A stretch of 28,378 nucleotides of DNA from Candidatus Methylomirabilia bacterium (GTDB lineage: Bacteria; Methylomirabilota; Methylomirabilia; Rokubacteriales; CSP1-6): the NCBI GenBank assembly GCA_041496385.1, contig JBGQEL010000050.1:1-28378 (forward strand), given 5' to 3'. Shown here one piece after another: positions 24,929-28,378 of the stretch. Below the pieces are notes generated by a model that worked only from the letters and a program-made list of their open reading frames with translations, had not been told where the DNA came from and searched no databases. The translations under genes and the position numbers were made by a program. Numbering within the stretch: position 1 is the stretch's first letter; every line of letters begins with the position of its first letter.

Positions 24929-27900
24929 TTGACGAATCCGCGGACGCATACCTCTCTGGTCAGATTCACGGCACTGGTACGTATTGCCATTGCTCGGCTC
25001 GGTCTTCGTGCCGCCGCCGCGCTGCTCGGGATCGCGTGCACCTCCGTGCTGCTGCTGATCCCGGCCCCGGGTGCGTCGGCGGCGCCTATCCTTCCGACGC
25101 CGCCGGCGACGTTCAACGCCGCCATGCCCGACACGACGGGCTACAACGTCTACGGGCCGTTCGCGGCGTCAGGCCTGCAGACGCACATCAACAACGTCGG
25201 GACCACGGCGGGCGGGCACGCGACGAGCGATCTGACGAACGGCGTCATCCTGAAGGTGACGGCGGGCACGAGCACGGACACGCTCAGCCTGCCGAACAAG
25301 GCCATGGCGGCGGGCAAGTGGATCATCATTCGTCCGGACGACGTCGCGCTCGCGACCCTCCCCCCCTCGGGCACGCGCGTCGCGCCCGTCGACGCCGCGA
25401 GCATGTGGCAGATGTCGGTGCCGAACAACTCCGACGGGATCACGACCAGCAACGGCGCGAACAGCTTCCGGATCATCGGCCTGGAGATCCACCCGACGAA
25501 CAGCGACCCGGCCAACTTCGTGAACACGCTGATCAATATCGGCCAGGGGATCAGCGCGGCATCACAGTCCCCGCAGAACATCGTGATCGACCGGTGCTAC
25601 ATCCACGGCAACGCCGGTGCCCAGAACATCCGCAACGGCGTCACGCTCTACGCCAAGTCGTCGGCGGTCGTGGACGCCTTCATCGACAACATCTGGCTCT
25701 CCGGGGCGGAGTCGCACAACATCTTCTTCAACGACACGATGGGGCCGATCCTCATCCAGAACAACCAGATCAGCAACGCGTCGATCGGGATTCTCTCGGG
25801 TGGCGTCAGCTCCACCTTCGACCAGGGCACGCCCTACGACGTGACGGTCCGGCGCAACTACTTCTTCAAGGACACGGCCTACCGGAACTCGAGCCACTTC
25901 GTGAAGAACCACTTCGAGTACAAGCGCGGCACGCGCCTGCGGATCGAGCAGAACTTCATGTTCCAGCTCTGGTCGGAGTTCGGCGACCAGAACGGCTCGG
26001 CGATGCAGCTGACCGTCCGCGTCGAAGGCTCGGACCTGAACGCCCGCATCAACGACGTGGAGGTCGGCTGGAACCTGATCCGCGGCGCGGACAGCGGTAT
26101 CAACGCCGTGGGCGTCGACAACTCGAACCACCAGAGCGAGACCGCCGCCCGGCTCTACGTCCACGACAACCTGCTCGACGACATCAACCGTTCGTCGTGG
26201 TTCGGCTCGGCCGGGGGGCGGGGCTTCATCGCCGTGTTCAGCGGCTACGACGATCTCACGATCGACCACAACACCGTGGTCCACGCCGGTTCGGACTCCA
26301 ACATGGGATACCTCGCCACCGGCCTGTCGTCCCAGATGCCCGCGCTCACGATGAGCGGCTTCACGTTCACGAACAACCTCACCCAGGAACGCAATGAGGC
26401 CATCTGGTCCGACGGCGAAGGGACGAGCAACGCCACGACCATCCTGAACAAGTATTTCGGCGGAGGGTGGCGCTTCACGAACAACGCCCTCGCACCCGGG
26501 AGCCAGTCCGGTCTCCCTGCCGGACAGCGGACGATCAGTACGTCCACGTTTACCGGGGCCTCGTACTTCACGAGCTTCGCCGGTCGGAACTACAGGCTGC
26601 TGCCGGGCGTCACGGGGCAGGGGCAAGGCGTCAACTTCAGCAACGCGGCCGACGGCACCGACATCGGCATCAGCAACTATGACACCTTCGTGGCGAAGAC
26701 GAGCGGCGTCCAGGCGGGCCTCCCGGAAGGGCCGTCGATCTCGGTCGGGCTCGCCGGAACGGGCAGCGGCGCGGTCACGAGCGCGCCCGCGGGGATCACC
26801 TGCGGGACGGGCTGCTCGGCGACCTTCGCCAGCGGCACGACGGTCACGCTGACGGCGACGCCGACCTCCCCGTCGGTCTTCGCCGGCTGGAGCGGTGGCG
26901 GGTGCAGCGGGACCGGGACCTGCGTGGCTGTGGTGACCAGCTCCATGAGCGTGACGGCCACGTTCACGGCGCCGACGGCCACGCTGAGCGTGGTCAGGAC
27001 CGGGGCCGGAAGCGGGACAGTCACGAGCGCGCCCGCAGGGATCAACTGCGGCGCGAGCTGCTCGGGCAGCTACACGAGCGGCACGGTCGTGACGCTGACG
27101 GCCAGCGCGGCGACGGGCTCGACGTTCACGGGGTGGAGCGGGGGCGGGTGCAGCGGGACGGGGACGTGCGTGGTGACGGTCACGACCGCGACCACGGTGA
27201 CCGCGGACTTCGCGCTCGCAACGTTTACGCTGACGGCGTCCAAGAGCGGCGCCGGGACGGGCACGGTCACGAGCGCGCCGGCGGGGATCAATTGCGGCGC
27301 GACCTGCGTGGGGACCTACACGAGCGGTACGGCGGTGACGCTGACGGCCAGCGCCGCGACCGGCTCGACGTTCACGGGGTGGAGCGGGGGCGGGTGCAGC
27401 GGGACGGGGACATGCGTGGTGACGGTCACGGCCGCCACCACGGTGACGGCGACGTTCGCGCTCCCGACGTTCACGCTGACGCTCACGAAGAGTGGGACCG
27501 GGACGGGCACGGTCACGAGCGCGCCTGCCGGGATCAACTGTGGCGCCACCTGTGCCGGGAGCTACACGACGGGCACGGCGGTGACGCTGACGGCCAGCGC
27601 GGCGACGGGCTCGACGTTCACGGGGTGGAGCGGCGGGGGCTGCAGCGGCACGGGCACGTGCGTGGTGACGCTCACGGCCGCGACCACGGTGACGGCGACC
27701 TTCACGCTCCCGACGTTCACGCTGACGGTCAGCCCCGCAGGGACGGGAAGCGGGACGGTCACCAGTAACCCGCCGGGGATCAATTGCGGCGCCACGTGCG
27801 CGGGGGGCTATACGAGCGGCACGGCGGTGACGCTGACGGCTGTGCCGGCGACTGGGTCGGTGTTCACGGGGTGGAGTGGGGGTGGGTGCGGCGGCACGGG

Positions 27901-28378
27901 CACCTGTGTCGTCACGGTCACGGCCGCCACCACGGTGACGGCGACCTTCACGGTCCCGATGTTCACGCTGACGGTCAGCCCGGCAGGGACGGGGAGCGGG
28001 ACGGTGACGAGCGCGCCGACGGGGATCAATTGCGGCGCGACCTGCGCGGGGACCTACACGACGGGCACGGCGGTGACGCTGACGGCCGCCGCCGCGACCG
28101 GCTCGACGTTCACGGGCTGGAGCGGGGGCGGGTGCAGCGGGACGGGGACCTGCGTCGTCACCGTCACGGCCGCCACCACGGTGACGGCGACGTTCGCGCT
28201 TCCGACGTTCACGCTGACGGTGACCAAGAGCGGCGCGGGGACCGGAACGGTGACGAGCGCGCCCGCGGGTATCAATTGTGGCGCGACCTGTGCGGGGAGC
28301 TACACGACCGGCACGGCGGTGACGCTCACGGCGGGCGCGGCGACGGGCTCGGCGTTCACGGGCTGGAGCGGCGGGGGC
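24929..28378 (+). CDS. Large secreted right-handed beta-helix protein with tandem InlB B-repeat-like domains (3' end outside window)
   Basis: Not in ORF track (no stop). Manual translation: signal peptide ...LLGIACTSVLLLIPAPGASA-APILPTPP; beta-helix-like segments (RIIGLEI, PQNIVIDRCYIHG, GPILIQNNQI, DVTVRRNYF, VKNHFEYK, LTIDHNTV, FTFTNN); then repeats GTGSGTVTSAPAGINCG..C...GT.VTLTA...GSTFTGWSGGGCSGTGTC.V.VTATF. In-frame ATG at 24887 is an alternative start. Confidence 0.85.
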   Translation, partial: MTNPRTHTSLVRFTALVRIAIARLGLRAAAALLGIACTSVLLLIPAPGASAAPILPTPPATFNAAMPDTTGYNVYGPFAASGLQTHINNVGTTAGGHATSDLTNGVILKVTAGTSTDTLSLPNKAMAAGKWIIIRPDDVALATLPPSGTRVAPVDAASMWQMSVPNNSDGITTSNGANSFRIIGLEIHPTNSDPANFVNTLINIGQGISAASQSPQNIVIDRCYIHGNAGAQNIRNGVTLYAKSSAVVDAFIDNIWLSGAESHNIFFNDTMGPILIQNNQISNASIGILSGGVSSTFDQGTPYDVTVRRNYFFKDTAYRNSSHFVKNHFEYKRGTRLRIEQNFMFQLWSEFGDQNGSAMQLTVRVEGSDLNARINDVEVGWNLIRGADSGINAVGVDNSNHQSETAARLYVHDNLLDDINRSSWFGSAGGRGFIAVFSGYDDLTIDHNTVVHAGSDSNMGYLATGLSSQMPALTMSGFTFTNNLTQERNEAIWSDGEGTSNATTILNKYFGGGWRFTNNALAPGSQSGLPAGQRTISTSTFTGASYFTSFAGRNYRLLPGVTGQGQGVNFSNAADGTDIGISNYDTFVAKTSGVQAGLPEGPSISVGLAGTGSGAVTSAPAGITCGTGCSATFASGTTVTLTATPTSPSVFAGWSGGGCSGTGTCVAVVTSSMSVTATFTAPTATLSVVRTGAGSGTVTSAPAGINCGASCSGSYTSGTVVTLTASAATGSTFTGWSGGGCSGTGTCVVTVTTATTVTADFALATFTLTASKSGAGTGTVTSAPAGINCGATCVGTYTSGTAVTLTASAATGSTFTGWSGGGCSGTGTCVVTVTAATTVTATFALPTFTLTLTKSGTGTGTVTSAPAGINCGATCAGSYTTGTAVTLTASAATGSTFTGWSGGGCSGTGTCVVTLTAATTVTATFTLPTFTLTVSPAGTGSGTVTSNPPGINCGATCAGGYTSGTAVTLTAVPATGSVFTGWSGGGCGGTGTCVVTVTAATTVTATFTVPMFTLTVSPAGTGSGTVTSAPTGINCGATCAGTYTTGTAVTLTAAAATGSTFTGWSGGGCSGTGTCVVTVTAATTVTATFALPTFTLTVTKSGAGTGTVTSAPAGINCGATCAGSYTTGTAVTLTAGAATGSAFTGWSGGG
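26738..28378 (+). repeat. Intragenic tandem repeat, 246 bp (82 aa) period, six full copies and one partial
   Basis: The Gly codon of GI(N/T)CG recurs at 26792, 27038, 27284, 27530, 27776, 28022 and 28268; variation is mostly synonymous. Confidence 0.95.

Noticed and set aside
24442..26397. 651-aa + strand ORF
   Set aside because: Off-frame shadow of the beta-helix gene, which is in another frame and has a signal peptide and RBS.
26738..28378. Tandem repeats as a CRISPR array or non-coding repeat; short periodic minus-strand ORFs
   Set aside because: Period is 82 codons with synonymous variation, no spacers and no cas genes; the minus-strand ORFs mirror the coding repeat.

Overview
High-GC bacterial DNA. 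The gene content (Liv-type ABC transporters, a small DRR-rich protein, pilin style) resembles Candidatus Rokubacteria/Methylomirabilota; that assignment is inference. Left flank (1-7437): a truncated Liv-family binding protein, a Liv-type ABC operon with a fused LivM-LivG subunit, and a divergent pair of DUF1989 proteins. Centre (about 7.5-22 kb): a signalling cluster with a cNMP-binding protein, OafA-type acyltransferase, PEP-CTERM-like protein, stand-alone receiver plus receiver-less sigma-54 activator, secreted protein, a complete rsbR-rsbS-rsbT-rsbX stressosome operon followed by an RsbU_N-PAS-HisKA_3 kinase and a NarL-family regulator, then YvcK, a CHASE-PAS kinase, a small Arg-rich protein, a MASE1-PAS-HisKA protein with no ATPase domain and an orphan pseudopilin. 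Right flank: alpha/beta hydrolase, 4-coumarate-CoA-ligase-like enzyme, and a large secreted beta-helix protein with 82-aa repeats behind a sigma-54 promoter (runs off the window; missing from the ORF track). Main observation: seven promoters in the centre share an ungapped architecture of two TCNGG-N6-CCYGA palindromes 23 bp apart, directly abutting a -35 / 17-18 bp / -10 promoter. This suggests a clustered, autoregulated regulon in which the stressosome signals through a histidine kinase and NarL activator rather than RsbU/SigB. All calls were made by eye; no database searches were run.
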